A stretch of DNA of 63,597 bases, the filler included, from Octopus bimaculoides (Eukaryota): NCBI RefSeq assembly GCF_001194135.2. It is 6 parts of 6 records of this genome, joined end to end, with 100 filler letters (N's around TTAATTAATTAA, not from the genome) between each part and the next. Parts side by side here need not be neighbours in the genome. Positions count along the whole stretch, not along the records: positions 42,337 to 56,875 come from NC_068984.1; positions 56,976 to 62,429 come from NC_069008.1; positions 62,530 to 63,597 come from NW_026314185.1; 3 more parts are not named here. One strand, given 5' to 3'. The notes under the pieces were generated by a model. That model did not search any database. It worked only from the letters and a program-made list of their open reading frames with translations, and was not told the DNA's origin. Every line of letters starts with the position of its first letter. Position 1 is the stretch's first letter. Positions 50,981 to 63,597 of the stretch are shown here, one piece after another. The position numbers and the translations under genes are program-made.

Positions 50981-52316
50981 CATTAATTACTATTGAAGTC
51001 TTCGTTGAACTGTCGGATTTCAGTTTACTTGGAAGGAAACAATACAGTTTTTAATAAGAAATGCTGGAAATGATGCTTGCAAGATTTTATTCCTTCATGG
51101 TCAGCCGGTGAACTTTTTAGCACGCACTCATATACACATATGTATGTACGTGCGTTCGTGTGTGTGTGTGCGTGCGTGTGTGTATGTGTGTGTGTGCGTG
51201 TGCGTGCGTGCGTGCGTGCGTGTGTGTATGTGTGTGTATATGTGTGTGTGTATGTGCGTGTAAACAAAATTGCAGTGAAAAGAATGAAGACAATATAGTC
51301 CTGGAAAAAAACAAATCCTAAACCACTCACCAAAAACAACAGCACCAACCAAGAAAACAATAACAATAACACTAACTACTACAATAACAAGAACAACAGT
51401 ACCATCATTAATAATAACAACTATAACATCGTCATGGACAGGAACCATAACAACTGTAACACACCGTGAACCAATTCATGCAAACAGAAATACATATAAT
51501 ACGACATTCATTTTGTATTTAGGCCTTTTTCTTCCTCTTATTTATTTAGTCAATTAAGTTAATTTTTAATTAAACCTGACTGACCGAATGCAGTTTACAT
51601 GATTGAAATAATCATACACAGATAGACATGTGCGTATATAAATGCGTGGACACATACATACATATATACATACAAACATATATGTACACACACACACATA
51701 TACATATTCATGTATGAAACTACATGTATGATTTTACACGCATGCAAATTAAAATCTATACATACACATATATATACATATACAGGTGTATGCATGTGTG
51801 TATATAAGTGTGTGCATGTGTGCGCGTGCAGACATCAACGCACATATATAAAAATATATATACATAAATATACATGGTAGCATGTGTGTATGCACATGTG
51901 TGTGTGTGTGTGTGTGTGTACATAAATGCACGTGTACTTTTTTGTATACAGTTACTCACACACACATACAAGCGCATATACATGTGTATACATGTATGTG
52001 CGTGCGTGTGTGTGTGCGCGCACGCATATATGCGTGGAATCGTATCCGGCATAGGTGTACATGTCTAAATGGATGTGAATTTTGTGGTCAGGTATGTATT
52101 CATGTGTGTGTACATAAATGTACGTGTTAATACACGTATGTGTGTGTTTATATGGAATATTCCAGTCTCTAAGATTCTTGCTACTTTAGATCAATGAAAG
52201 ATTTTAATGCCACATTCTGTAGACACATGATAACATTTCCTTGTAATTAAATCTAATAAATACTCGTTCATGTCCATATTTAATTAATTCTGAAGTCGTG
52301 TTTCTGACATGGGCAT

Positions 52317-52378
<62 letters not shown>

Positions 52379-52579
52379 CGTGCGTGTGTGTGTGTGTGTT
52401 CAAGAGATACAAGGGGAGACAGAGAATGAGAGACTCTCTGTCTTTTGTGTGTATGCGTGTACGTATATTTATATTACTACGTGTTTCTGTGTTGATATGG
52501 TATTGTCTGTATCTTGTATGCTGGTGTGTTTAAAAGAATGGGTGTATGTGTTCATTACTGGTTGTGTTTGTATTTGATT

Positions 52580-52616
<37 letters not shown>

Positions 52617-53020
52617 GTTGTGGTGCTATTATATCTAAGTTTGTGCATTCGCGTTTCATCTAAGTGTATATTTATGCGTATGTAAGCATATAGGTCTGTT
52701 GTTAGGCGTACATTATGTGTATGTATGTATACGGCTATACATATTTATATATACATGTGTGCGTATGGATATNNNNNNNNNNNNNNNNNNNNNNNNNNNN
52801 NNNNNNNNNNNNNNNNNNNNNNNNNNNNNNNNNNNNNNNNNNNNNNNNNNNNNNNNNNNNNNNNNNNNNNNNNNNNNNNNNNNNNNNNNNNNNNNNNNNN
52901 NNNNNNNNNNNNNNNNNNNNNNNNNNNNNNNNNNNNNNNNNNNNNNNNNNNNNNNNNNNNNNNNNNNNNNNNNNNNNNNNNNNNNNNNNNNNNNNNATAT
53001 GTATGTATGTATGTATATTA

Positions 53021-53163
53021 GGCGCAAGAATGGCTATGTGATAAGAAGGTTGCTTCCCAACCACATGGTTCCGAATACAGTCCAACACCGTCGGACCTTG
53101 GGCAAGTGTTTTCTACTATAGCCTCGAGCCGACCAAAGCTTTTTGAGTGGATTTGGTAGACGG
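53021..53163 (+). mobile_element. SINE family A 5' portion, abutting a PLE fragment
   Basis: Head and core match family A; the sequence switches to PLE RT after GGTAGACGG. Confidence 0.85.
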
Positions 53164-54620
53164 GTATTTTATATCTAGTAATTTTATATCTTGGAGTCGC
53201 TTTTCTCGGGTTTCAGGATTTGATGCAATCGAGTAAATTCTTCTCGCTTAGTTGAACGGTGTATTTATTTTAGTATGTTTTGGGTGGCAAGAGGAGAATA
53301 GAAGATATTGTTTTGAGTCCGTTGGTTTGAAGAAGATGTCGGTTTCAGTTTCAGTATCTCTCTTTATTATTAAGATGTCCAGGAAGGGTGGTTGTTTGTG
53401 GCTGTATTCCATAGTGAATTGGATACTGTGGTTAATGTTGCTGATTAAGTTTTTAAATTTTGAGAGTTGTTCAAGGTTATGTGGCCACAGGATGAATCAG
53501 TCATCCAGGTAGCGTTTCCAGATAGTGAGTAAGTAATTTTGGAAGTTGTCTCCAAATTTCAATCTAGCGTGTTCGTATATTTGGACTTCGAAATATGCCA
53601 TGACAAGGTTGGCAAAAGTAGGCGCTACCCTCGTTCGCATCACCACGCCCGATTTTTGTCTATAAGCATTTTCGTTGAAATTGAAAAAGTTGTTCTGTAG
53701 GATGAATTTTATTCCTTCAACGATGAATTCTTTTCCGATTCTGTAAGGATTGTCATTTGGGAATTTTTCCAGCCAGTATTGTATGGCTATTATTCCGTAT
53801 TCGTGAGGAATCGAGGTGTAGAAGTTTATTACATCGAATGAAACAAGGAGGCAGTCTTTGCTGGTTTTGTTCAGCAGATGATTTAAAGAGTCCAGATCAT
53901 CCCCTATAAAGCTCGGTATATGTTGGAATATAGGTTTAAGGAGGACGTCAATAAAATTACTGAGTCTGTGTGTCTCACACGAGGGACCGGCCATAATTGG
54001 TCTCATTTTGAGATCTCTCGGGTGTAGAATATATATGACTATAGAAGTTGATTTGTTACAGGCTTCGTTTCTGGCTTCACTTTTGTGGATTTTGGGAACT
54101 CCATAGAAGTTACTGGTTTTGCAGTCAAATTTAGTCAAGTAATCTGTCTCCTTTTTTGTTAAACCTTGTTGGAACTGGTGGATAAGGATAGACAGTTTGG
54201 TCATTATCTTGGATTGACTGTAGCTGTTGATCTTTTTCATAGTAGGTATTGTCTTGAAGAAGGGTTAGGGTAGTGTTTATGTGTTTTTCTGAGTCCATGA
54301 TTACTAGAGCACTCCCTTTGTCGGCTTCTTTTATAATTATGTTGTCATCGTGCTTGGGATTATTGATGATTTCCCATTCTTCTCTACTTGCATTTATTTT
54401 AAATTTTCGGGGTGGGAGTAAATTGTAAGGGAAACTGGAAATTAAATCTCAAAAGTTATCCAGAGTTTGATTTTTTTTCCTTTTGTCGGATAGTAGTTAC
54501 TTTTATTGTGAAGGATTGATTGATCATTATTATCTTTATCCAGTAGTTCTTCAGTGAGGCGAAGTTTTCTGCAGAATTCTTGGATATCATTTTGTATATC
54601 ATTTAAAATTAATGAACAAA
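53164..54620 (-). mobile_element. Penelope-like element RT fragment (pseudogenised)
   Basis: IIIKEADKGSALVIM, FYGVPKIHK, RPIMAG, LVSFDVINFYTSIP, YRQKSGVVMRTRVAPTFANL, WKRYLDD and thumb PFLDILII..FFKPTD..HP; 247-aa open stretch 53497-54240. Confidence 0.93.
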
Positions 54621-54639
54621 TTAATATACTGTTTTAATT

Positions 54640-55430
54640 TTATTGCGCCGTGTCTGTTTATATGCACTATTCCACAACACTCCGCCAGCATCTAACGAAA
54701 AGGACATCTTCACCGACCTGGGTCGCAGACCATCTCACTGGACGCCAGCTCTTGGCTAGTTCCAAGCACTCGATCATTTTGCATGCATCTGCCAACGTGT
54801 TGTGGACCAGTTTAACTTTCGCAGGCATCCCCGATATCTGAACAGCTCCGGCCATTCGATGTCTCCAACGGCGCAAAGACATTATCATAAAACCGGCCGA
54901 CAAGGGTAGAGCCGTGGTGGTGTGGGGCGCAGACCTCTACAAGGCTGATGTCTCCGTTAACCTCAATACACCTCCTTCTATTGCCCTTTGTCCTCCAACC
55001 CCATGCCTAGCAACCAACAGACTGTGTCCTCCACTATCCATAACCTCATCTCCTCCTTCTGTCTCCCTCTCACCACCTCAATCTAACTGTACGCACTCCA
55101 CGCATCCCTACCATTTACTCCCTTCCCAAAATCCACAAGCCCAACAACCCTGCCTGCCCCATCGTCTCCGCTTGTAACTGCTCCATGGAACTGATCCCGA
55201 AATATCTCGACCGTGTCCTTTCCCCCTAGTGGCTTCCGTCCCCTCTCACAACCACGATACTAAACACGCTCTCCATCTTTTCAACTCTTTTTCTTTCCAA
55301 CCTGCACCCCACAGAACTTCTCTTCACTCATGATATTAAGAGTCTATATACGGTGATCCCACACAACGAAGGACTTTTTGCCCTCAAGCACTTCCTAGAC
55401 CTTCGACCCAACCCCTAACCTGATACGTCC
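54640..55430 (+). mobile_element. Second PLE RT fragment, different family, opposite strand
   Basis: DIIIKPADKGRAVVVW, PKIHKPNNPACPIVSACNC, FFTHDIKSLYTVIPHNEGL across frameshifts. Confidence 0.88.
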
Positions 55431-55451
55431 ATTTTCTTTTATATACATCAA

Positions 55452-55519
55452 ATGGCGGTCCAGTAGAGTGAAAAAGGAATCAAGGGGACCATAGGCAAAA
55501 AATGATTGAGAACCACTGC
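55452..55519 (+). mobile_element. Possible hAT/Charlie-like MITE 3' end
   Basis: GGGGACCATAGGCAAAAAATGATTGAGAACCACTG resembles ..GGTTGAGAACCACTG termini. Confidence 0.35.
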
Positions 55520-55769
55520 ACTATACTCTTCTGCGTGGAAGGAAGCTCGCAGCAGATCCTCTAGGTGTTTGAATTTTTACAAATATCTGTTACAGAGGCC
55601 AAAAAAAAGAGGTTCAGAAAGGAACTTATTTTTTACAAGTCTGGTACTTAATTTGTCGATCACAGACACGGATACAAACGTAAACACAATGTAAATTTTG
55701 CTCCTGTCTTACGGCTCTCAAATATCCTAACTTTATAGGATGTGGCTCTTAATGTTTAAGCAAGTTTGG

Positions 55770-56029
55770 TCATCCCTGATTCATGGAGAAATAAGTTTCT
55801 AATTTTGGGACACACAAATAGAGATGTTTTGTTTGTTAGGGGACATTGTTGTCTTGGTAGACAGGCAATTAGCCGACAGACAACTTACAGACTGGACAAT
55901 TGTGTGGTGTGGTGCAGAGTTCTGTTGCCAGACATAGGGTGTTCCTGCAGCCACCTTCTTGACCCAAGAAAGTACAACCTCTTCCAGGCACTTGATGTAG
56001 GCCACCGTGTTGAGTCTGAGGCCGTGTGA
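55770..56029 (-). mobile_element. Third maT/Tc1-like relic
   Basis: AYIKCLEEVVLSWVKKVAAGTPYVWQQNSAPHHT; same family as the 20 kb and 29 kb copies. Confidence 0.8.
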
Positions 56030-56130
56030 GAATTGTCTGTCGGCAGATTGTCTGTCGGCGAATTGTCTTTCGGCGTATTGTCTGTCGGTGAATTGTTTGT
56101 TGGCGAATTGTCTGTCGACGAATTGTCTGC
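56030..56130. repeat. 15-bp tandem array GAATTGTCTGTCGGC x ~6.7
   Basis: Six full units plus a partial one. Confidence 0.95.
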
Positions 56131-56231
56131 ACTCGGTTGTCTTTAGACTCAGACTTCCTAATTCAACAACGCATTATTGAACTAACACCAACATTATCTG
56201 CCGCTGCTACTGCCCCAACAGCAGCAGCAGA

Positions 56232-56232
56232 T

Positions 56233-56295
<63 letters not shown>
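56232..56295. repeat. (AGT)n microsatellite
   Basis: Direct inspection. Confidence 0.97.
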
Positions 56296-56296
<1 letters not shown>

Positions 56297-56560
56297 AGAC
56301 ACCACCTCGAGAAAAGACGTCACTAAAATCATCATCATCACAACTACCACTACCTCGCCTACCTCCATCAACACTACAATCACCACCACATTTACTGTCC
56401 CCCAAAACCACTTAACACATTGTCTCCACCAACACGCACACATACATACCCTTATATACATATACTCCTAATTTCGCACTCCGCCTGTTAATATTTGTAA
56501 TATACACAATTATGTAATGACATCATGAAGCATTTTCCTAATAATGCAGGAAATATAATT

Positions 56561-56875
56561 AACTAGCAGAGATACCCGGCGTTGCCCGTGTTACATGCAA
56601 TTGAAAAATGAGACTTTTCTGTTATATTTTCTGTAAGGAACTGGAATACATATGATTCGAATTTCATCACAGTTGCACATGAGGGTTCTTTCCCTCTTTA
56701 CACACCCTAAAAAAATTCTAATCATGAGACATGTATCCCATACTATTGATCTTTATGCGCATATTCCAAAATTTCAGTCTTCTGGAACCTGTGAAAAAGA
56801 TTTTGCTCCTGCAAAATGGAGCTCATAGAGCTCTAAAATGTGGGAATGAAGGCCCCTATTGGGGGTGGGGGTGTT
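56561..56875 (+). mobile_element. Helitron/Helentron-associated non-autonomous element 5' end
   Basis: AACTAGCAGAGATACCCGGCGTTGCCCGTG resembles ACTAG..CCCGGCGTTGCCCGGG starts; truncated by a gap. Confidence 0.5.
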
Positions 56876-56975
56876 NNNNNNNNNNNNNNNNNNNNNNNNN
56901 NNNNNNNNNNNNNNNNNNNTTAATTAATTAANNNNNNNNNNNNNNNNNNNNNNNNNNNNNNNNNNNNNNNNNNNN

Positions 56976-58211
<1,236 letters not shown>

Positions 58212-58598
58212 CTCTTCAACAAAATAATGTATCAATCCTTTAAGTCTGTAACATTAGCCATTGTTTCAATAGTTTTCTTCTCTCAGAACAATGTTTATTT
58301 TGTTGTTTCACTTTTTACCGTTCATTTATTTCAAATGTTTTCCCATCAATTCTGATTTTCATCAATATCTGAAGATGCCCCAAACATATTTGAAACTTCA
58401 TCCATCTTGTACATGTTACAGACTGTACAGGAGAGAAATGCTGCCATTAATCTCCATTCAGAAGAAATATTTCATTGTAGTTTACCATTGAGTTATATAT
58501 TTGTTGCATGTAACATTTTTCTTTAGTCTTTAAGAGGTAACAGATGTTGATGATGAATCTGATGTAAGCAATTCTTTCATGTCATAGTTGTCTGCTAT

Positions 58599-58620
58599 TC
58601 TGAAACAACAGAGAAACAAC
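58599..58620 (-). promoter_or_regulatory. Probable 3' splice site opening the large ZNF exon
   Basis: Minus strand GTTTCTCTGTTGTTTCAG|AATAG, ~390 nt upstream of the ancestral ATG. Confidence 0.55.
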
Positions 58621-59502
58621 AGTATAAGATATAGAGGAATCCAAGTGAACTTTACTTTTCAATTTTTGTTTATTATAATTACATCACACACCATAGTTTA
58701 AAGCCTATATCTTATACATGTATGTCCAGCATTCAAACAAACTACCTTATGAGCCATTCACTGTACGTACACAAATGAAATACATTCTACATCTGAATGA
58801 TTTCGATTTCTTAGTAAAGGAGGAAACAAGTCCTACTTCAGAACCTACATCATGGTACTCATTGTAAATACAACACAGAAGGTATACATCTTCATATTTT
58901 TGGTGGACAAATTAATTATTTTCCTTTCTTCCCCTTTACATGATTACAGTAAGGTGTCAATATCTATAAAATCATGAAATATATCCAGTAGAAAAGGATA
59001 AAAAAAAATTAATAGATCTTATCAAAAAAAGAAAGAAAGGACCCACATGTAGCGATCTATCTCTGTGCTTTCATTTCTCCCCCCTACCACCCTTCTATCA
59101 TTCTGTTCNNNNNNNNNNNNNNNNNNNNNNNNNNNNNNNNNNNNNNNNNNNNNNNNNNNNNNNNNNNNNNNNNNNNNNNNNNNNNNNNNNNNNNNNNNNN
59201 NNNNNNNNNNNNNNNNNNNNNNNNNNNNNNNNNNNNNNNNNNNNNNNNNNNNNNNNNNNNNNNNNNNNNNNNNNNNNNNNNNNNNNNNNNNNNNNNNNNN
59301 NNNNNNNNNNNNNNNNNNNNNNNNNNNNNNNNNNNNNNNNNNNNNNNNNNNNNNNNNNNNNNNNNNNNNNNNNNNNNNNNNNNNNNNNNNNNNNNNNTTT
59401 CCCGAATGATCCAGTAGGTGGCTCTATTCAATCATGTTTTGTTTGTATTGAGTATTTTCTTTCACTTTCTGTAGTCTGTAACTAGGGTTCGATCCCGCAC
59501 CG

Positions 59503-59591
59503 GGAAAGTAGCAAGCTGGCAGAATCGTTACGAAACCGGGCAAAATACTTAGCACCATTCCGTTGTTCGAATTCCGCCGAGGTCGATTTTG
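59503..59591 (+). mobile_element. SINE family B 5' fragment
   Basis: GTAGCAAGCTGGCAGAATCGTTACG..CCGGGCAAAATACTTAGC..TTCGAATTCCGCCGAGGTCGATTTTG. Confidence 0.8.
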
Positions 59592-59602
59592 AGAACTGCC
59601 GA

Positions 59603-59777
59603 TGGGTACTACTAAAGCAGCGCGGATCCGAATGCGCAGTCGCGCTAGCTAGTCTTGAGTGGTCGATCCTAACCCTATCCCTAACCCGCGTGTGCAAATG
59701 AATACGTGTTTAGGGTTAGGATCGACCACTCACGACTAGCTAGCGCGTTCGGATCCGCGCTGCTTTAGTAGTACCCA
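59603..59777. mobile_element. 175-bp GC-rich hairpin MITE-like element with telomere-like CCCTAA motifs near the loop
   Basis: 66 paired positions (30+14+22), one 8-nt bulge, one mismatch, 33-nt loop. Confidence 0.7.
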
Positions 59778-59929
59778 CAAACATATGACAGGTTTACATT
59801 ATACTGAAATACGCATAATGTGATCGCATGCAAATAAATATATTAAGATACTAAATTTACAAAATGATACATGTGGTGTGATGGACGAAAAAGACAACAA
59901 GAAGCAAAAGGACAGAATGAAACGTTGGA

Positions 59930-60100
59930 CCTTAGCTCGTAAACCGCGGCGGAGTAAACAATCGCTCGAGATCAAAACACGTCTTCCTCATAAGCTGTCT
60001 GTCTTCTGACTGCCAGACGTGCTGGCCTTCGACCGCGTGTGTCCGACCTTTCCGGTCTGGCTTCACTTCCGTTTGCCTCATCTCTCTCCACCACCAACAC
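59930..60100 (-). promoter_or_regulatory. Candidate promoter or first non-coding exon of ZNF copy 1
   Basis: CpG-rich patch with ETS-type CGGAAGTG and CCGGAAA on the minus strand, upstream of the 58600 acceptor. Confidence 0.4.
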
Positions 60101-60199
60101 ACAGCTCATAACACCACATTACAATGAAGAGACAAAAAGTAAATATTTCTGTTTATTTAGAAACCAACAATGAAATTAACTATTTCTGTTTATTTAGAA

Positions 60200-60550
60200 A
60201 ACTACAATGCTATACCATAAAAGTCACAGTGATATGTGTTTTCTCACACATGAATGCACATATGAGTAGTTAAATTAAGCCTTAAAGTGAATGATTTACT
60301 ACAGATATGAGATATATTGTCTCCTATGAAAACGTTTGTGACAAATAAATTTAAATGAAAGAATGATTTACCACAGATATCACATTGATATGGCCTCTTT
60401 TGTTTATGAAATTGTTTGTATCTACTTAAACACAAGTTGTAGACAAAGATTTATAACAGACATCACAGCGATATGGACTTTCTCCAGTGTTAATACATTT
60501 GTGTTTAGTAAAGTTATAATGTGGGAGAATGATTTACCACAGATATCATA
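60200..60550 (-). pseudogene. Degenerate finger relics downstream of the copy 2 stop
   Basis: [14 protein letters not shown] and other broken units with frameshifts. Confidence 0.75.
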
Positions 60551-61699
60551 CTAATATAGATTCTCTGCATGAATAAATTTATGTCTAGTCAAATTAGTAC
60601 TTAAAGAGAATGATTTATCACAGTGATATGGTTTTTCTCCCGTATGAATACGTTTGTGTTGACTTAAATGACTGGTTCGAAGAAATGATTTACCACAGAT
60701 ATCACAGTGGTATGGCTTCTCTCCTGTATGAGTACGTTTATGTCTAGTCAAGTGACCAGATTCAGAGAATGATTTACCACAGATGTGACACTGATACGGC
60801 TTCTCACCAGTATGAATACGTTTATGTATAGTGAGACCATCAGTTGTAGAGAATGAATTACCACATATATCGCACTGATATGGTTTTTCTCCTGTATGAG
60901 TACGTTTATGTCTAGTCAAGTGTGCAGATCTAGAGAATGATGTACCACAGATGTTACAGTGATACGGCCTCTCACCAGTATGAATACGTTTATGTCTAGT
61001 CAAGGGACCAGATCCAGAGAATGATCTACCACAGATGTCACACTGATATGGTTTTTCTCCTGTATGAGTACGTTTATGATTAGTCAAGCTACCAGATTCA
61101 GAGAATGTTTCACCACAGATGTCACAGCGATATGGCTTCTCTCCTGTATGAGTACGTTTATGTCTAGTCAAGTTGCCAGATACAGAGAATGATTTACCAC
61201 AGATGTCACACTGATATGGTTTTTCTCCTGTATGAGTACGTTTGTGTTCACTTAAATGACTAGTGTGACAAAATGATTTACCACAGATATCACAGTGATA
61301 TGGCTTCTCTCCTGTATGAGTACGTTTGTGTTGACTTAAATGACCAGTTTGACAAAATAATTTACCACAGTGATACGGCCACTCGCCAGTATGAATGCGT
61401 TTATGTCTAGTCAAATATGTACTTAAAGAGAATGATTTATCACAGATATCACAGTGATATGGTTTTCCTTCTGTATGAGTATGTTTGTGTTGATTTAAAT
61501 GACAAGTTTGTAAAAAAGATTTACCACAGATATCACAAAGATATGGCTTCTCTCCTGTATGAATATATTTGTGTGTAGTCAAGTGACTTCCAGTGGAGAA
61601 TGATTTACCACAGATGTCACAGCGATATGGCTTTTCACCAGTATGAATACGCCTGTGAAGAGAGACCATCCTTTTTAGAGAATGATTCACCACAGACAT
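60551..61699 (-). CDS. C2H2 zinc-finger protein, copy 2 (382 aa; 13 finger units, 11 canonical)
   Basis: Open frame from the ATG at 61699 to the stop at 60551; TGEKPY linkers; units 4 and 13 carry in-frame 9-bp deletions. Confidence 0.8.
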   Translation of the reverse strand: MSVVNHSLKRMVSLHRRIHTGEKPYRCDICGKSFSTGSHLTTHKYIHTGEKPYLCDICGKSFLQTCHLNQHKHTHTEGKPYHCDICDKSFSLSTYLTRHKRIHTGEWPYHCGKLFCQTGHLSQHKRTHTGEKPYHCDICGKSFCHTSHLSEHKRTHTGEKPYQCDICGKSFSVSGNLTRHKRTHTGEKPYRCDICGETFSESGSLTNHKRTHTGEKPYQCDICGRSFSGSGPLTRHKRIHTGERPYHCNICGTSFSRSAHLTRHKRTHTGEKPYQCDICGNSFSTTDGLTIHKRIHTGEKPYQCHICGKSFSESGHLTRHKRTHTGEKPYHCDICGKSFLRTSHLSQHKRIHTGEKPYHCDKSFSLSTNLTRHKFIHAENLY

Positions 61700-62237
61700 C
61701 ACACTGATATGGTTTTTCTCTTGTACGAGTATGTTTGTGTTGATTTAAGACACCAGATTGACAAAATGATTTACCACAAATACCACAGTCATATGGCTTC
61801 TCGCCTGCATGAATACGGATATGCCTGGTTAAGTTGCAAGTATGCGGGATTGATTTACTACGGATATCACAGTGATGTCGCTTCTCTATCTAAATACGTC
61901 TGTGTGTAGCCAATTGTCTATTTGTAGAGAGTGATTTACCATAAATACCACAGTCATATGGCTCCTAACCCCTATGAATACATCTATGTGTAGTGAAATC
62001 GTAACTTCTAGAGAATGATTGACCAAAGACACCGCAATGATATGGCTTCTCACCTGTATGAATGCATCTGTGTTCAGCTAAGTGAGTATTTTTAGAGAAT
62101 GATTTACCACAAATAACACAGGGATATGGTTTCTCACTTCTATCGATTCATTTGTGATTCATGAGGTTACTTTCCAGAGAAAATGATTTTTGACAGATAC
62201 CACAATGGTATGAGGATTTTTCAGTCTGTTTTTGCAT
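61700..62237 (-). pseudogene. Dead N-terminal finger region of ZNF copy 2 (7 units)
   Basis: Same ancestral ATG (62237), first-finger TGA and frameshift as copy 1; lacks one 84-bp unit. Confidence 0.85.
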
Positions 62238-62598
62238 CTCTTCAACAAAATAATGTATCAATCCTTTAAGTCTGTAACATTAGCCATTGTTTCAATAGTT
62301 TTCTTCTCTCAGAACAATGTTTATTTTGTTGTTTCACTTTTTACCGTTCATTTATTTCAAATGTTTTCCCATCAATTCTGATTTTCATCAATATCTGAAG
62401 ATGCCACAAACATATTTGAAACTTCATCCNNNNNNNNNNNNNNNNNNNNNNNNNNNNNNNNNNNNNNNNNNNNTTAATTAATTAANNNNNNNNNNNNNNN
62501 NNNNNNNNNNNNNNNNNNNNNNNNNNNNNGTGGTACTGGATATTAATAGTTATCGCCAAGCTAACATGGCAGTCCAGGAGAATAGGACGAATGCTGCC

Positions 62599-62651
62599 GC
62601 TGGTTTGATATCCCCTTGCTGGTTTGATATCCCCTTGCTGGTTTGATATCC
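62599..62651. repeat. 19-bp tandem repeat GCTGGTTTGATATCCCCTT x ~2.8
   Basis: Direct inspection. Confidence 0.92.
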
Positions 62652-63399
62652 ACAGACTAGTTTCGGGGTAGTTGCCCCTTATTAATGTGGAGTAGCCCCA
62701 ACCCAGCAGGCTTCGTTGCTGACCATCTGTTCGAAGGTTTGGGCGATAGCTAAATATAGCGGTGTAATGCTACTGGATATATTAATTTCTATATTAAACA
62801 CATTCTTAGAGTCTGGTACTTAAATATCAATTACTCGCGGGGACATGGTATTTTGTTATGCAACCGTAATATGCTACAAGTTATATTAAAGGTTTTATAA
62901 GTCAATGTTCTGTCCTGCTGTGTTAGCAGTGCTATTAAATCGCTTTTTAAGGTTTTCTTGACACAATTTCTACAGAAAGATATTAAAATATATTAAAATA
63001 TATACAAGACATATTAAACTCCTTGTAAGTCAGTACGGTCTTCTGCTGTGTTAGAACTTGTAGAGATTAACAAAACGCTACAGAGAACGAAGTCCCCATT
63101 TCAACAGGAAATTATAGTGGTATTTGGTATTAAGACAGTCTTGGTTAAGACGAAATATCTTGACGCTGCTCTTTGGCATCTGGTAGGATTTAGCACTGCT
63201 AAACCTTTCGAAGCTTTGATATTTCTTTATTTGTTTCCAAGAATTTCTGGTCCATTCGTGTCTGTCGAGTAATAGAAAATAGAAAAGTGTTTCTCTCAGA
63301 ATGAAAAACTTATAGATGTAAAATAAAATGCATTCCAAAAACAGAGAACTAAAGATTCTAACAAACGTATGTGTCTCTTTGTACATTCGTGCAAGTGTG

Positions 63400-63461
63400 C
63401 GCGTATATATAATATATATATACATATATATGTATGTATGTATGTATCTATGTATGTATGT

Positions 63462-63507
<46 letters not shown>

Positions 63508-63597
63508 GTATTATGTGCGTGCATATATATATACATATGTGTGAGTGTATAAATGTATATATGTGTGTATATTCATGTAAACTTTCATATATATATA
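63400..63597. repeat. (TA)/(TATG)n/(TAGA)n compound microsatellite
   Basis: Direct inspection. Confidence 0.93.

Noticed and set aside
59665-59720. Interstitial telomere
   Set aside because: Only two to three imperfect units, embedded symmetrically in a hairpin element.

Overview
AT-rich, microsatellite-dense, gapped eukaryotic scaffold. The SINE families, the style of the C2H2 zinc-finger arrays and the simple-repeat load point to a coleoid cephalopod, most likely Octopus (inference). About 55 kb is non-coding and made of nested repeats: at least four tRNA-derived SINE families, Tc1/maT and mariner relics, R4/Dong-like and RTE/BovB LINE fragments, Penelope-like element (PLE) RT and endonuclease fragments, piggyBac-like and foldback MITEs, and a Helitron-like end. 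The only convincing protein-coding sequence is a tandem pair of minus-strand C2H2 zinc-finger genes at 57.0-62.4 kb. In both copies the ancestral start and first 7-8 fingers are dead, while the downstream array is intact from an ATG brought into frame by a shared 2-nt deletion. The most notable pattern is a set of small, mutually unrelated elements carrying minimal, dimer-type hammerhead-ribozyme-like cores (CTGANGA-x-stem II-GAAA-palindrome), three of them as inverted pairs (9.2, 14.2, 27.7 kb). One is a composite of a tRNA-derived Pol III head, (AAT)n, a hammerhead-like core and an inverted terminal copy, i.e. a candidate PLE-mobilised SINE/retrozyme. All motif calls are by eye; most copies look degenerate and no activity is shown. 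Five 100-bp N-TTAATTAATTAA-N spacers are assembly artefacts, so adjacency across them is unproven.
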